From an uncultured Clostridia bacterium (GTDB lineage Bacteria > Bacillota > Clostridia > Oscillospirales > Acutalibacteraceae), in contig CALEJD010000040.1 in NCBI GenBank assembly GCA_937898195.1, positions 24,052 to 88,051 of the forward strand: a DNA stretch of 64,000 nucleotides. Reading direction: 5' to 3'. The notes beneath the pieces are model-generated. The model saw nothing but the letters and a program-made list of their open reading frames with translations, was not told the origin of the DNA and did no database searches. This document shows positions 62,932 to 64,000 of this stretch, in pieces. Position 1 is the first letter of the stretch. Each line of letters begins with the position of its first letter. Position numbers and translations under genes: made by a program.

Positions 62932-62965
62932 AACAATTGTTTTTATCCATATAAAAACAATTGTT
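62932..62965. repeat. perfect 15-bp-stem hairpin / cruciform
   Basis: AACAATTGTTTTTAT-ccat-ATAAAAACAATTGTT. Confidence 0.9.
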
Positions 62966-62968
62966 TGT

Positions 62969-62977
62969 TGTGGATAA
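62969..62977. promoter_or_regulatory. perfect DnaA-box 9-mer
   Basis: TGTGGATAA (reverse complement TTATCCACA), 3 nt from the 15-bp hairpin. Confidence 0.4.
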
Positions 62978-64000
62978 CCCACGTTATCATTCTACCACAA
63001 ATTAGTATTAAATACAATGCAAAAATTTTTGCATTTCATACGCTAATACTTTAATGTATGAAAGTTATTTTTATAGTATCGTGCAATTGTATATTGTATA
63101 CACAATTTTAATACTTTAATGCAATAAAGTGCCTCTGTCAGAAACCTTTACAATTTAATACTTTAATTTAATAAAGTATGTATATTGTATACATCTTTTA
63201 ATACTTTATAACTTTAATTGATTAAAGTATTAAAGTATACAATTTTGCATACTGTATACAATATTTTATTGCTTTAATTGAATAAAGTGTTAATGTGTTA
63301 AAATATATATTTGCATATTGTATACAATAGTTTAATGATTTATCATTTTAATATTTTAACTTGCTAAAGTATTTTATACGTTATAACTTTATTGAATTAA
63401 AGTATTAAATTGTTAATATGGTAATATTTTAATGTGTTAAAGTTTTGTATACAAAACACACAAAAATACATTGATTTTTTTATGGTCTGAAATTTATTTT
63501 TTGTATCGGGAAATCGAAAAATAAAGCCTCAAAAAATCTTAAAAAATCGCTTAATTGCAAGGGTTTGAGGCGATTTTTTAACGCTTTAGCGTATTTTTGT
63601 CATGTAGTTATACCTTGAAATTATAAAAATTTTTTTGTTTTTGCACACAAAAACGCTCGAAAGCCTTGTACCGCAAGGGTTTGCCGACTTTTGATTTTGA
63701 AAAATTAGCGCAAAATGACGCCTTATTTTTTGATTTCCCGGTTTTTTGTGTGTTGTGGTCTGATTTTATTGTGTGAAAACACAATAATGATTGGTATAAC
63801 TTTTGCATAGGATAATTTTTGCTTTAGCATATTAAAACTTTAATGCGTTAAAGTAAGAATCACGTACACTTTAGCACGTTAAAATTTTAATGTATTAAAA
63901 TTTCTTGACCAAAAAAATAGTAAAAAATGGTAAAATTTTGGCATAAATTTTGCTACATTATATATAAAAAAGGCACTAAAAAATAATTTCAAAACATGCA

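Larger units (their letters stand above)
62481..63900. repeat. gene-free AT-rich array of ACTTTA-N6-TAAAGT and TGTATACA palindromes
   Basis: 9 perfect-core plus 4 near copies of the 18-bp palindrome and 5 TGTATACA-centred palindromes; no ORF has an SD. Confidence 0.85.

Noticed and set aside
62794-62982. 62-aa ORF from the track (and 63608-63808, 66 aa)
   Set aside because: There is no Shine-Dalgarno site. The ORFs lie inside repeat and hairpin DNA (the first spans the 15-bp hairpin and DnaA box) and have odd composition. Every convincing gene here has a GGAGGT-class SD.
63087-63456. Possible CRISPR array (regularly spaced repeats)
   Set aside because: The repeats are AT-rich palindromes from two alternating families with irregular spacing of about 65-125 bp. 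The 'spacers' are themselves repetitive, and no cas genes or leader are present.
52456-64000. tRNA/tmRNA genes, which might be expected alongside RtcB
   Set aside because: I found no T-loop (GGTTCRANYC) or cloverleaf-compatible segment by eye. A tRNAscan-SE/ARAGORN run is still needed to be sure.

Overview
The window is a contiguous piece of a tailed dsDNA phage or prophage genome. It has the style of a low-GC Gram-positive host: GGAGGT Shine-Dalgarno sites and TTGACA-17-TATAAT promoters. All product calls come from motifs I recognised by eye; no similarity search was run.

Block 1 (nt 1-15,640, plus strand) is a late tail module. It holds a tape measure protein whose frame is open to the window edge. 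It also holds a cluster of modular tail-fibre genes that share short identical DNA boxes, baseplate-like proteins, proteins with CBM5/12-like motifs, and two BspA-type LRR paralogs. It ends at a bidirectional terminator.

Block 2 (15,640-52,455, minus strand) is a long replication, nucleotide-metabolism and DNA-modification module.
- Nucleotide metabolism: dUTPase, a degenerate ThyX-like protein, and a class II RNR (NrdJ) interrupted by an HNH intein.
- Replication and recombination: an SF1 helicase, a RecJ-like DHH exonuclease, DnaE-type Pol III alpha, DnaG-like primase, DnaB-like helicase, and a Sak4-like ATPase next to an SSB-like protein.
- DNA/RNA modification and repair: RtcB RNA ligase, a DenV-like glycosylase, and four DNA methyltransferases, one of which is frameshifted at a G7 tract.
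- Other: a TM-anchored guanylate-kinase-like protein, a tyrosine recombinase, and a striking tandem family of small Zn-ribbon proteins ending in CPxCGAxMRGE.

Block 3 (52,455-64,000) is an AT-rich early region. Nine short leftward transcription units each have a near-perfect consensus promoter. They encode about 22 small, mostly acidic proteins, including an ArdA-like protein and a SprT-like metalloprotease. They are embedded in and followed by gene-free DNA packed with repeat families:
- an 18-bp palindrome, ACTTTA-N6-TAAAGT (16 perfect-core copies plus 5 near copies);
- TGTATACA palindromes;
- GGTGGTTATCC boxes, which resemble DnaA boxes;
- long perfect hairpins.

I regard this repeat architecture, which has no recognisable binding protein, as the most interesting unexplained signal. 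The Zn-ribbon gene family is the second. No rRNA, tRNA, CRISPR array or reverse transcriptase was seen.
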